NCBI GenBank assembly: GCA_046538485.1
Contig: JBKHIT010000056.1
Location: 1-34,369 of the forward strand
DNA length: 34,369 bases
Source of the DNA: Candidatus Brocadiia bacterium
GTDB lineage: Bacteria > Planctomycetota > Brocadiia > SM23-32
Reading direction: 5' to 3'
In this document: positions 16,845-25,914 of the stretch, piece after piece
Layout of the letters: every line of letters begins with the position of its first letter
Numbering within the stretch: the first letter of the stretch is position 1
Notes under the pieces: generated by a model
Database searches by the model: none
What the model was told of the DNA's origin: nothing
The model's input: the letters and a program-made list of their open reading frames with translations, nothing else
Translations under genes and position numbers: made by a program

Positions 16845-17402
16845 TCACATCACGTGCTGCAGAAGCGTTTTGACGGCAATGGCCAGCAAAACGACTCCGC
16901 CGACGATTTCCGCTTTCCGCCCCAGTTTCGTTCCGATCCTGTCTCCGGCATAGACTGCGATCGCGGAGAGAAAAGCGGTGATCAGCCCCATCACTGTTGC
17001 CGGAATCCATATAGCCGTTCCCAACAGCGCTATGCTTACGCCGACAGCAAGGGCATCGAGACTCGTTGCCACTCCCAGGAGCATGAGTCTCACGCCACGG
17101 CTTCCCCGTCCGCGCCCCTCCGTTTCGGTGCCAAAGATTGCATCGATGACCATCTTGCTGCCAATAATTGTGAGAAGGCCGAACGCAATCCATGGACCTG
17201 CCCCAGAGACAAAACTTTTGAGTTGGAGCCCTCCCGACCATCCCAGGATCGGCATAAGGCCCTGGAACAAGCCGAACACAACAGCAATGCGTGCAATGTG
17301 GTGCATCCTGACCTCATGAATGGTAATACCTTCAGCAATAGAAACGGCAAAAGCGTCCGCCGATAACCCGATTGCAACCATTATGACTGTAAAAAGACTC
17401 AT
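16845..17402 (-). CDS. mntP: Manganese efflux pump MntP
   Basis: AIGLSADAFAVSIAEG, FGLFQGLMPILGW, ATSLDALAVGVS, AEIVGGVVL; 185 aa, hydrophobic. Confidence 0.92.
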   Translation of the reverse strand: MSLFTVIMVAIGLSADAFAVSIAEGITIHEVRMHHIARIAVVFGLFQGLMPILGWSGGLQLKSFVSGAGPWIAFGLLTIIGSKMVIDAIFGTETEGRGRGSRGVRLMLLGVATSLDALAVGVSIALLGTAIWIPATVMGLITAFLSAIAVYAGDRIGTKLGRKAEIVGGVVLLAIAVKTLLQHVM

Positions 17403-17458
17403 GAAATGCTTCCGGGATTGAGGTGATCAATGATCGACACGATTCTACGAATTTTCAT
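17399..17458 (-). other. 19-aa mini-ORF bridging zwf and mntP (MKIRRIVSIIDHLNPGSIS)
   Basis: GAGGTG...ATG lies inside the last codons of zwf; its TGA overlaps the mntP ATG (ATGA). Confidence 0.4.
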
Positions 17459-19004
17459 CCTGCACCTCATCCATACGGTTCAGGAAAAGCGAGTAGCAAA
17501 CGTCGGGGCGGAAGAAATCTTTGCCGTGGATCGGCCCCCAGGTTCCGGCGGCATAGTTCGGAAACTCGGGCGGCCCCTGCTCTCCCCAGTACTGCATGAT
17601 TGGCTCGACAAATTCCCAGGCCAATTCGATTTCATTACGACGAGTGAAAAGCGTCGAATTGCCCGCCATGACATCCAGCAAAAGTCTTTCGTAAGCTTTC
17701 GGTGTTGCTGACGCCACATGCGTATCGCAGGGAAAGTGCATTTCTTCGGACGAGATATGCATCCCCAGGCCGGGCTGTTTGGAACAAATACGCAGGGTGA
17801 CACTTTCTTCGGGCTGGACACGGACTTTTAACAGGTTCGTGCTGAGTTCTTCATCTCGCGCCCGACGGAACAATATATTGGGCACAGAGCGGAATTCGAT
17901 CGCGACCTCAGTCACTTTCTCGGCAAGTCGTTTGCCCGTCGTCAGGTAAAACGGGACTCCCGACCATCGCCAGTTATCGATATAAGTCCGCAACGCCACG
18001 AAAGTTTCCGTATTTGAATCGGAAGCAACCCCCTCTTCTTCCCGATATCCGGCGACCTTCTCGCCATTAATTTCTCCGGCGGCGTACTGTCCCCTTATAG
18101 TTGAACAACGGATTTCCTCTTCACTGCTTCGGCGCAAAGATTTCAGAACGTTGGCCTTGGCATCACGAATGGAATCAGGGTCCAGAGAAACAGGCGGCTC
18201 CATCGTGAACAGAGCCAGAAGTTGGAGAACGTGATTTTGAAGGACATCGCGCAAAGCCCCTGTATTCTCGAAATATCCAGCACGTTCTTCGACACCGATA
18301 GTCTCGGCAACAGTGACATGCACGTGCGTAACGTGCCGATTGTTCCAGATTGGCTCAAAGATTGAATTCGCAAACCGCAAAACCAGTAAATTCTGGACAG
18401 TTTCTTTTCCAAGGTAATGGTCCATCCGGAAGATCTGGCTTTCCTCTATTCGCTCCTCAAGGGCCCGGTTCAGCTTCCTGGCGGACCCCAGATCGCGACC
18501 GAAAGGTTTTTCGAGGACAATCCGCATGGGCCCTTTTTCTTCTTCCTCGTGGGGCATGCGGCGCACAAGCAATTTTGCTTCGTGCAGGTTTACTACCACA
18601 TCGGACATTAGTTGAGGCGGGATGGCGTTATAAAAGATTCGTCCGCCGTTTGTCCGATATTGTTCATCGATTGTATCAAGTAACTCGCCGAGTTCCCTAA
18701 AAGATTCTATCTCGTGATAATTGCCCTGCTGGTAAAAAATGCGCGGTGCCAACCAAGAAAAAACGTTTTCGTCCGCCGCTCCTGTCCGCGAGTATTGCGC
18801 AATGTTTTCTTCAAAACGTTTGCGGAAAGCTTCCGTGCTAAGCCCACTTCGCCCAAAGCCAACGACAGCAACATTATCCGGCAACCTGTTTTCACGGGCC
18901 AGATTGTATAAAGCAGGTGCTATTTTCCGGGCTGTCAGTGCGCCGCTCCCACCAAAAATTACCAGCACACAAGGTTGAGGTTCTCTATCGGAACTAAGAA
19001 ACAT
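17445..19004 (-). CDS. zwf: Glucose-6-phosphate 1-dehydrogenase
   Basis: EKPFGRDL, RMDHYLGKETVQN, RFANSIFEPIWN, GALRDVLQNH, NWRWSGVPFYL, AYERLLLD, YAAGTWGP. Confidence 0.96.
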   Translation of the reverse strand: MFLSSDREPQPCVLVIFGGSGALTARKIAPALYNLARENRLPDNVAVVGFGRSGLSTEAFRKRFEENIAQYSRTGAADENVFSWLAPRIFYQQGNYHEIESFRELGELLDTIDEQYRTNGGRIFYNAIPPQLMSDVVVNLHEAKLLVRRMPHEEEEKGPMRIVLEKPFGRDLGSARKLNRALEERIEESQIFRMDHYLGKETVQNLLVLRFANSIFEPIWNNRHVTHVHVTVAETIGVEERAGYFENTGALRDVLQNHVLQLLALFTMEPPVSLDPDSIRDAKANVLKSLRRSSEEEIRCSTIRGQYAAGEINGEKVAGYREEEGVASDSNTETFVALRTYIDNWRWSGVPFYLTTGKRLAEKVTEVAIEFRSVPNILFRRARDEELSTNLLKVRVQPEESVTLRICSKQPGLGMHISSEEMHFPCDTHVASATPKAYERLLLDVMAGNSTLFTRRNEIELAWEFVEPIMQYWGEQGPPEFPNYAAGTWGPIHGKDFFRPDVCYSLFLNRMDEVQDENS

Positions 19005-19226
19005 TGATTCCCCTCTTGGTAAAGATCAAATTTAAAAATAGCGAGCGCACCTTAAGTGGAACTGAGGAAATTTGTCTGTTCAAAGAGACCGCGTCAAAAC
19101 CTGATCGGTAAGTTACCCATGCTAAGTGCGCAGCCTCTTTGTGTCCAGTGTGAGGCCAATGTTTGCTTTCGACTCTTCCTGATGTGCCAGCCCGCGGTCA
19201 ATTGCCTGCCCCTCCCCGATTTTTGC

Positions 19227-19270
19227 TTGACAGACGCGCGGGGGGAAAGAATATCATGAGCAAAGTGCGT
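19227..19270 (+). promoter_or_regulatory. Possible promoter (TTGACA...TATCAT) overlapping an inverted repeat
   Basis: TTGACA at 19227-19232, TATCAT at 19252-19257 (19-nt spacer, longer than optimal); palindrome ATCATGA-GCAAAGTGCG-TCATGAT starts at 19253. Confidence 0.3.
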
Positions 19271-19402
19271 CATGATTTTCGCCAGCTACCCGGTAAATAT
19301 GAGTTCAAAACATGACAAAGACAAGTCAACTATTGTCTGCGGGCCCACAGGCCTGAATCGACGAAAAACCGGCGCTGCGCTGGCATCCGAGATGGGGGAA
19401 GC

Positions 19403-21274
19403 GTGACACCTATGAGAGATAGACTGAGTTCCTGGCTTCCGGCTTTCATCTCGCTCGTGGTTTTGTTCCCCCCTCTTCGTGCGGCCGACAACGCCCGCCC
19501 CCTTCAAGTCTCCTTCCATCAGACGGGCCCAGAAAAGGTCCAAACGGCGCCTGATGGATTCATAGCTGGGCTCGATGCACGGGATAGATTTACTGCCCGC
19601 TGCAGCGACGTCCGAACTACCGCCTGGGATCACCCCCCGGAAGGAGTGAGCCATACCAGGTGGGTAAGTCTGGTCATGGTCGGGTTCAGAACTCGGCGGA
19701 ATTGGCTGGCTTTCATGTTTGACGGTCCCAATGGCGGAATATCGCTTGTCGTACACCGGCCTGCATGCACGGTACAGCCCGACGGCGTTCGCACGTTTGC
19801 CTCCCCGCCCGGTCGTCAGCAGTTCTCCGAGAACGCTGTTAAAGAGCTGGCCGCTGATTTTGCCCATGCTTTTCCGGGCGTGCCCGAGAACGAACCGGAA
19901 TTAAATATCGGCGTGGAGGTTAAGCCCTGGGAAGACTATGAGCCGGCCACCGAAGCCACCGGCCAGGGCCCCGGGCTGGGGGGCGAGATTTCCCGTGACT
20001 TTCAGCCCGAAGAGCTTGCCGGGGTTCGGGTCCTGGCCATGGCGGCCGCCTGGCAGGCGGGGCTACGACCTACCGCAGGCGATGCGAAAGGGAAACTGGC
20101 AATCGAGCTGGCCCCGCGCGTTCAGTCCTATAACATAAAGGCTTCGCTCAAGCTTCCCGCAGGCGAGAGCACCTTTCAGCGACTGGATGTCCCAGCTGAT
20201 GACCTCTATCCTTATTTGCTTCGTATATGCCGCAAGCTGCTTTCGGGGGACGACGTGCGGGATTTTAAATACATTATCAGAAATAGCGGTCAAGTGCTCG
20301 GACTTCGGGAGGAACAGGTTATTTATAGCGACGGCAAACGGCTGGTTGCGCGCAGTATCTTGAACGATAAGGTAGCGTGGGAACTGGAGCCCCCACCCCG
20401 CCGGAATTTCCAGTTTGCCACCCGTGCCGGTCCGGAGGGCTACCGTGTCTTCCGCCACAGGTATGGCCTCCATCGGTTTGAACCCGGGGGCGAGACCACC
20501 GAGTTGACGGCGGAGGGAACCGAAGCTCCATGGGCTTTCGAAGTGGCCGGCGAACAGGCTGCCATAGTCAATGGTTCCAGCGTGACCCTGTACGAGGCAA
20601 ACGAAAAGATGTGGACATACCGCTCCCCCGTGGCCCTGACGGCCGGTCCGGGCTTTACCGGCGAACACATCCTCGTGGGCACAGTCACCGGTCAGCTGCT
20701 CGGACTTGACAAAAATAGTGGCAAAAAACAGTGGGAAAATACTCTGGCGCGAACGCTCGACGGACCAATCACAAACGTGGCGCACATGGGGCTCTGCGCC
20801 GGGGGAGACGGCCAGTTGTTCGCAATTAATCCGGCGAATGGGCGAATGCTGTGGCAGCACCGGCTGGGAGACATTCCCCTCCGGCGCCCGGTTTTGTTGG
20901 CGTCCGGCGCACTCCTGGTGGCCTCGATGGCAAATACCATCGAACTACTCGACCCCGAAACGGGAAATGCCCGGGCGCAATATGAGTTCGACACCTGGCT
21001 TATGGGGGTTGAACCTTTGAAGACCGATGATGTTGAAATGGTGGCATGCTCGGATCTCACTGGAACGGTCACTTTCCTCAATGGTTCTGAGCTTAAACCC
21101 ATTCGCCAGGTGCGGCTTCAAACTCGCCTGCAGGGCAGGTTGTTTTTCGCGCCCGCCCTGCCTCCACGCTGGGGTTCCGGGAAAGGCATGTTTTACGAAG
21201 AGGCATCCTCACTGCTGGTAAGCGACACGCAGGGGTTTGTCTACATGCTCGCAATTCCGGAGGATCGACCATGA
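19403..21274 (+). CDS. Secreted protein with a C-terminal PQQ-like (BamB-type) beta-propeller
   Basis: Signal-like N-terminus ending PLRA; repeats GQLLGLDKNSGKKQW, GQLFAINPANGRMLW and IELLDPETGN. Start is GTG 19403 or ATG 19412. Confidence 0.85.
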   Translation: MTPMRDRLSSWLPAFISLVVLFPPLRAADNARPLQVSFHQTGPEKVQTAPDGFIAGLDARDRFTARCSDVRTTAWDHPPEGVSHTRWVSLVMVGFRTRRNWLAFMFDGPNGGISLVVHRPACTVQPDGVRTFASPPGRQQFSENAVKELAADFAHAFPGVPENEPELNIGVEVKPWEDYEPATEATGQGPGLGGEISRDFQPEELAGVRVLAMAAAWQAGLRPTAGDAKGKLAIELAPRVQSYNIKASLKLPAGESTFQRLDVPADDLYPYLLRICRKLLSGDDVRDFKYIIRNSGQVLGLREEQVIYSDGKRLVARSILNDKVAWELEPPPRRNFQFATRAGPEGYRVFRHRYGLHRFEPGGETTELTAEGTEAPWAFEVAGEQAAIVNGSSVTLYEANEKMWTYRSPVALTAGPGFTGEHILVGTVTGQLLGLDKNSGKKQWENTLARTLDGPITNVAHMGLCAGGDGQLFAINPANGRMLWQHRLGDIPLRRPVLLASGALLVASMANTIELLDPETGNARAQYEFDTWLMGVEPLKTDDVEMVACSDLTGTVTFLNGSELKPIRQVRLQTRLQGRLFFAPALPPRWGSGKGMFYEEASSLLVSDTQGFVYMLAIPEDRP

Positions 21275-24200
21275 GCCCCAAACTGACCCCGCTGTGCCTC
21301 GCCCTCTCCCTGTTTTTGGTACCGTTTATCGGCGTACTTCAAGTAAAAGGTGCGGAACCTGGCTTGGATCTACTGGACGAAGAGTCCGAAGATGATTTCC
21401 TTACACAACTGGAACAAGGCGAAGGGAACGATTACGACCTACTTCAATACAGTCATTTATCCGAGTTACACCGCTGGGAGGGCGTGAAACGCAGCCGCCG
21501 CCATAAGGGCGAGGACTTCCGTTGGCGGGTAATCGTGTTGAAAGATTACCCGGGTCGCAATTTGATAAAACCTGTTAACGGAAAAACCATAACCGACCGC
21601 ATACGGGTGCCGGAGTCCAGAGCGTACCGGATATGGTTGGGTTACCTCGCGGAGGAGAAAGCTACTCCCGTTGAGGTAAAAATGAGCGGCGCAAACTCCC
21701 ACGTATTTAAATATGGAGCAAAGGATCTCCCCCGCAAGCCTGGTAAGACGCTGGAAAACGAACGGCCCATTCGCTTCGACTCTGAGCGGGAGCGGATGGC
21801 GTCAGCGGTGAGCGCCAAAAATATGATCTGGGAATACAGAGACGTTTCCCTGGAAGCCGGGACTACCAGATTAAGTGTCAGCAGCGAATCCCCGAGGGCA
21901 ACATTGGATTCTGTTTTCATCACGGCCAGCCGGGATTTCTCTCCCAGTAAAGATACCCTTCGCGGGAACCTGAATCGCACATATGTCCGCTTCCGGGTGG
22001 TCGAAAGCAAGCAGGAAACGGATTCAACCCCCATCAGCGAGCGCTTGACCTATCACTGGTACCATATCCCCGATGGCCACAGCCGCCCACTGTGGTATTC
22101 ATCACTGAGATCCTGGGAACCCGATCATGTCAAAGGTCCTCTGACAGGCCGGCCTGGCGAGCGCCGGCTGCCCGTCGGCGAATGGACGAGATGGATCGAC
22201 GCTACCGAGGCTCTCGTTGCAACCGGGCGTTTCGCGACCGAAAGGTTCAGTTTCGACGACGTACAGGAAGGCGTCGCCGAGGTGCAGATGTCCTGGTTCA
22301 CTCACCCAGCCGCCACAATGCGTAGTGCGCGTCCCCGAATTGCCGAAAGCACTGCGATGGTCACCATCCCGGTCGCGCGCAGAGGCTATCGAGCCCCAAC
22401 TGCCGGTGCAGAGGATGAAAACGGTGTCTGGGGAATGCGTGCGGACGATTACTTGAAGTGGGTGGAAACCCCCACCAAAATCCAGGCGCGTCAGCGTCGC
22501 TGGGCCGACGAGATCTTCGGAAAACTTGGCGCACACGCAGACAACCCTACTCCGGACCCGCGCTACATCAAACTGTACACTCCTGCGCGACCTTTTCCGC
22601 CAGCCTGCGAAGAAACAGCGGCGATGCTTGCCGACCTGGGGATCAACTGGGTTCACGGGTTGCCGTGGCAGATATCGCAGGAGTACGGTTTGCTCAACGG
22701 TTACTTCACGCATCTCGGGGTAGCTCTGTATTTTGCTGACACCCCCTGCCCCTCGGATCCCCGTACACCCCAAAGAGCGCGCACGAAGTTTGGCAAACGG
22801 GCCGAGCGCTACGACCAGAAACAACCAGACGGGCACGAGAAAGTCCTGGCCATGAAGCTGGGAGACGAAATTGGGGCCGTCACGGGCGGCGCCCATATCA
22901 ATCAGTGTTCCGACTGCCTGCGTAAATTCCACAAGTATCTTCGCCAGACGCTGAAACGGATGGGGAAAGACGCCTCGTTCTTCGGAGTCAGGGACATGTC
23001 TAATCTTCGCTACATGTCCGCCCTGCCGGACCGTGCCGGCCGTTACCAGCGACGCCTGTTCTACCACAGCGAGAAGTTCAAATTTCATCTCACAAACACA
23101 TTCTACCGGGAGATAACCCGGGCTGCGGAGGAGGTTTTTCCGAACGTGCGGACCTATTGCAATTACTCGCCCGGTGGTCCGATGTATGCGGGGCATATGA
23201 ACAACTCGCCGTGGTTTGTCCTCGCCCGTGGCGGAGGGGTCTCACTGGCGTGGGGAGAAGACTGGCTCTACAGCCGCCGGACACTCGCGGGTGTCCAGAC
23301 CGTCAGCTACTACGGAGCGTTGGTGGAATGCGCCGCGCGCGAACGGAATCTGCCCGCGGGATTCTATAATGTTGCCTCCTGTCGCCACGTCGACCGCAAG
23401 ATGTTTTCCCTGTTTGCACATGGCATTTTTTACCAGAACATCTACAGTTTCGGCCCACTCTACGCAGTCGTCGGCGCGGTGGATAGCTGGAGCCAGCGTC
23501 AGGAGGTTTATCTGGAACTGGCGCGTGCCGCCAGGGCTGTGGGACCCGCTCAGAAAATAATAAGCGAGGGGGCCCGTCCCCCCGCTCGCATCGCTCTTCT
23601 CTACAACCGCACCCACGAGATGTGGAACAGGTCCGACGCCGGTTTTTACACCGACCGGCTGATGACGTTCCTGGCCCTGCAACACGCGCACCTGCCAGTG
23701 GATATTATACTTGAGCAGGACCTGCAGCCCGAACTGCTCCAGCAATACCGCACTATCTATGTACAGGGGTATAACATGGCCCGCTCAGATGTAGAAACCC
23801 TCTACCGCTGGGTGAAAAACGGCGGGACCCTGGTAGGAATAGCGGGAACAGCCATGCGCGATCGCTATAACGAACCGATGGAAGCGGGTGACATGCTTTT
23901 TGGTGCCAAACAAACCCCGGCCGGATGTTCTGAGGGCCACTGGTGGCCCCGGAAGGTCATGAAGCACAAGCCGATAGGAGAAATAACCGTCTCCGAGAGC
24001 ATGTTTACCCCTGAACTCCAGGCCCCGGTGCTCGGGGCGCGAGCCCGATTGCATCCCGATGACGGGAAGAAGCTCGCCGAGTTCGAGGACGGATCCTGCG
24101 CAGCAGTCATTAACCGGTTGGGAAAAGGCCAGGCGCTGCTTCTGGGGGTGATGCCGGGCCATATTTATTCTTATACTGCCCGGTGGCAGGACGCAGTCCC

Positions 24201-24513
24201 CCACTATCGCTCCGACGTGCGGGAACTGATCACACGCCCGGCACTGGGGAAAACTCATGAACAAAAAATTCACTGCAGCGAGCCGCTGGTCGAGGTCTGC
24301 CTTTTTGAAAACGACAATAGATTGGCGGTCACCCTCTGCGACTTTACCTATGAGCCGGGGAATGAACTCACGCTTTCAATCAATGCGGGCCGGAAGATAA
24401 AAACGGTTCGCTCCACAATGGGGCGAGATTTGAGTTGGAAGCAAGACGACGAAAATCAAATCGTAGTACACGGCAGCGTACCGGAACCGGTGGATGTCCT
24501 GATACTGGAATAA
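21271..24513 (+). CDS. Large secreted glycoside-hydrolase-like protein with a GH42-type trimerisation (class I GATase-like) domain
   Basis: 1080 aa, signal peptide ending VKGA, ATGA overlap with the upstream gene. LGDEI and WGEDW are candidate catalytic glutamates; ARIALLY, LQHAHLPVDII.E.DL...L.QY..IY, L.RWVKNGGTL and NRLGKGQALLLG are typical of that C-terminal domain. Confidence 0.75.
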   Translation: MSPKLTPLCLALSLFLVPFIGVLQVKGAEPGLDLLDEESEDDFLTQLEQGEGNDYDLLQYSHLSELHRWEGVKRSRRHKGEDFRWRVIVLKDYPGRNLIKPVNGKTITDRIRVPESRAYRIWLGYLAEEKATPVEVKMSGANSHVFKYGAKDLPRKPGKTLENERPIRFDSERERMASAVSAKNMIWEYRDVSLEAGTTRLSVSSESPRATLDSVFITASRDFSPSKDTLRGNLNRTYVRFRVVESKQETDSTPISERLTYHWYHIPDGHSRPLWYSSLRSWEPDHVKGPLTGRPGERRLPVGEWTRWIDATEALVATGRFATERFSFDDVQEGVAEVQMSWFTHPAATMRSARPRIAESTAMVTIPVARRGYRAPTAGAEDENGVWGMRADDYLKWVETPTKIQARQRRWADEIFGKLGAHADNPTPDPRYIKLYTPARPFPPACEETAAMLADLGINWVHGLPWQISQEYGLLNGYFTHLGVALYFADTPCPSDPRTPQRARTKFGKRAERYDQKQPDGHEKVLAMKLGDEIGAVTGGAHINQCSDCLRKFHKYLRQTLKRMGKDASFFGVRDMSNLRYMSALPDRAGRYQRRLFYHSEKFKFHLTNTFYREITRAAEEVFPNVRTYCNYSPGGPMYAGHMNNSPWFVLARGGGVSLAWGEDWLYSRRTLAGVQTVSYYGALVECAARERNLPAGFYNVASCRHVDRKMFSLFAHGIFYQNIYSFGPLYAVVGAVDSWSQRQEVYLELARAARAVGPAQKIISEGARPPARIALLYNRTHEMWNRSDAGFYTDRLMTFLALQHAHLPVDIILEQDLQPELLQQYRTIYVQGYNMARSDVETLYRWVKNGGTLVGIAGTAMRDRYNEPMEAGDMLFGAKQTPAGCSEGHWWPRKVMKHKPIGEITVSESMFTPELQAPVLGARARLHPDDGKKLAEFEDGSCAAVINRLGKGQALLLGVMPGHIYSYTARWQDAVPHYRSDVRELITRPALGKTHEQKIHCSEPLVEVCLFENDNRLAVTLCDFTYEPGNELTLSINAGRKIKTVRSTMGRDLSWKQDDENQIVVHGSVPEPVDVLILE

Positions 24514-24524
24514 CGGGCCATCCC

Positions 24525-24773
24525 TCAACAGGTCGGCCTACCATGTGAAAAATCGCAATCCCTGATCGCTGAACCCCTGATAAGTTGACTCTTGCGCTGG
24601 ATTTTTCGAGCGGAGCTCCTTGCTCGTTCAAGAGCCGGCATGAGCAACGCGGCAAGGATGGCGATTATCGCGATTACGACCAGGAGTTCGATCAAAGTGA
24701 AGCCGTCCCCGCGAACCCACGACAATTTACCCATTGACTTGAATCCATGACTCTGCGCTCTGACCCTATCCAT
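24525..24773 (-). pseudogene. Truncated prepilin-type N-terminal cleavage/methylation (DUF1559-like) gene
   Basis: AAGGAG RBS, ATG 24773; [41 protein letters not shown] followed by about 17 unrelated residues and a stop. The usual Cys is Arg (CGC). Confidence 0.75.
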
Positions 24774-24889
24774 GGATTCCATCTCCTTTTCTTCTGGATG
24801 ACAACACCGCACCAAAACTTTTACCTCAAACCGCACTTATGGGCCAGCGTGAGCTCTTTAATGCTGTATGCAGCATTCAACTTCTTGTC

Positions 24890-25663
24890 TCAGCTGGTCG
24901 GAAAAAGAGTTTTTAGAAATTCGGCATTCTGCCGAACCGCTTCCGCTGGCTCGACCGCCGCATTATCCTGCTCAGCAATCATCCAACCCCCTTCCATGTT
25001 TGCTTTTGCCCAGTCAGCCGCTTCCTCGAGGGGCGCAATCCCCCGGCCGAGAATGACCGTATCTACACCGTCACCATCCGTCGCAAAATCTTTGAAATGC
25101 AGCGCCTTCACCCTGTCGCCAGCTCTTCCCAGGAATTCTGTTATCTCCCATCCACCTTTCATCACCCACCCGATGTCCGGGCAGAAACCCAATTCCTCAC
25201 TGCCGTCTTCCAGAAGGGCCTCGATCACTTTTGCGTCGACCTGAAATTCCCAGTTGTGATTATGGTAAAGCAGGTGAACGTCACGCTCCCGGCACTTCGC
25301 GGCAGCGCGATTGAGCATTCCCAGCTCATTGTCCAGCTGGTCATCGCTTTCGTAACGCAGGCCAGAATACATAATCAGTTCTGTGCCAAGGGGCTCAAGA
25401 TAATCAAGAACGTCGTCCAGAATTTCCTTCTCCCCTTCGGCCTGAGCCGGATCTTCGAGATTCCCGCCGAGGTGTGTACCAAGTATTTGAAGTCCCGCCG
25501 TCTCCAACATCTCCTTGAAACGTTCCGGCGGCGTGTCCTGGATATGCCGGAACCCAATTTCCACCCCGGAGTATCCGGCTTGTTTGACGCTTTCAAAAAC
25601 CTGCGGGAAATTTTCGTTTTGATTACCACCGAACGTAATCGTTTGACAGCCAATCTTAAACAT
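24890..25663 (-). CDS. Sugar phosphate isomerase/epimerase (xylose-isomerase-like TIM barrel, IolE-like)
   Basis: GYSGVEIG, LYHNHNWEF, FCPDIGW, LHFKD, LGRG, WMIAEQD. Start placed at ATG 25663 after AGGAGG. Confidence 0.9.
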   Translation of the reverse strand: MFKIGCQTITFGGNQNENFPQVFESVKQAGYSGVEIGFRHIQDTPPERFKEMLETAGLQILGTHLGGNLEDPAQAEGEKEILDDVLDYLEPLGTELIMYSGLRYESDDQLDNELGMLNRAAAKCRERDVHLLYHNHNWEFQVDAKVIEALLEDGSEELGFCPDIGWVMKGGWEITEFLGRAGDRVKALHFKDFATDGDGVDTVILGRGIAPLEEAADWAKANMEGGWMIAEQDNAAVEPAEAVRQNAEFLKTLFPTS

Positions 25664-25914
25664 CCTCTTTCCTCCTGCAAAATTTACACCATTGCAGAGC
25701 AATATTTGCCATTACTCGCCTGGATCTCACGGATAATTTGAACACATTATCGTCAAATTACAAGACGTTTGTTACTGCAAACCGCTCACACCATCTCTGA
25801 AGCAACAATCCGGCCGTTTCCCATTCCGTTTGCGCTTTTGAATTTCAGGTGATAACTTCTCCTGCAGCCTTTCAGGAATCTTAGCAGTCCACCTCTTTCG
25901 GCAGGAGAAATATC

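Noticed and set aside
17403..17444. yybP-ykoY manganese riboswitch upstream of mntP
   Set aside because: The spacer is only 42 nt and lacks the expected structure.
22102..23196. 364-aa minus-strand ORF
   Set aside because: Lies wholly antisense to the 1080-aa gene; no motifs.
24860..24877. Hairpin AATGCTG-TATG-CAGCATT as a terminator of the isomerase gene
   Set aside because: AT-rich stem with no U-tract on the minus strand; not supportable.
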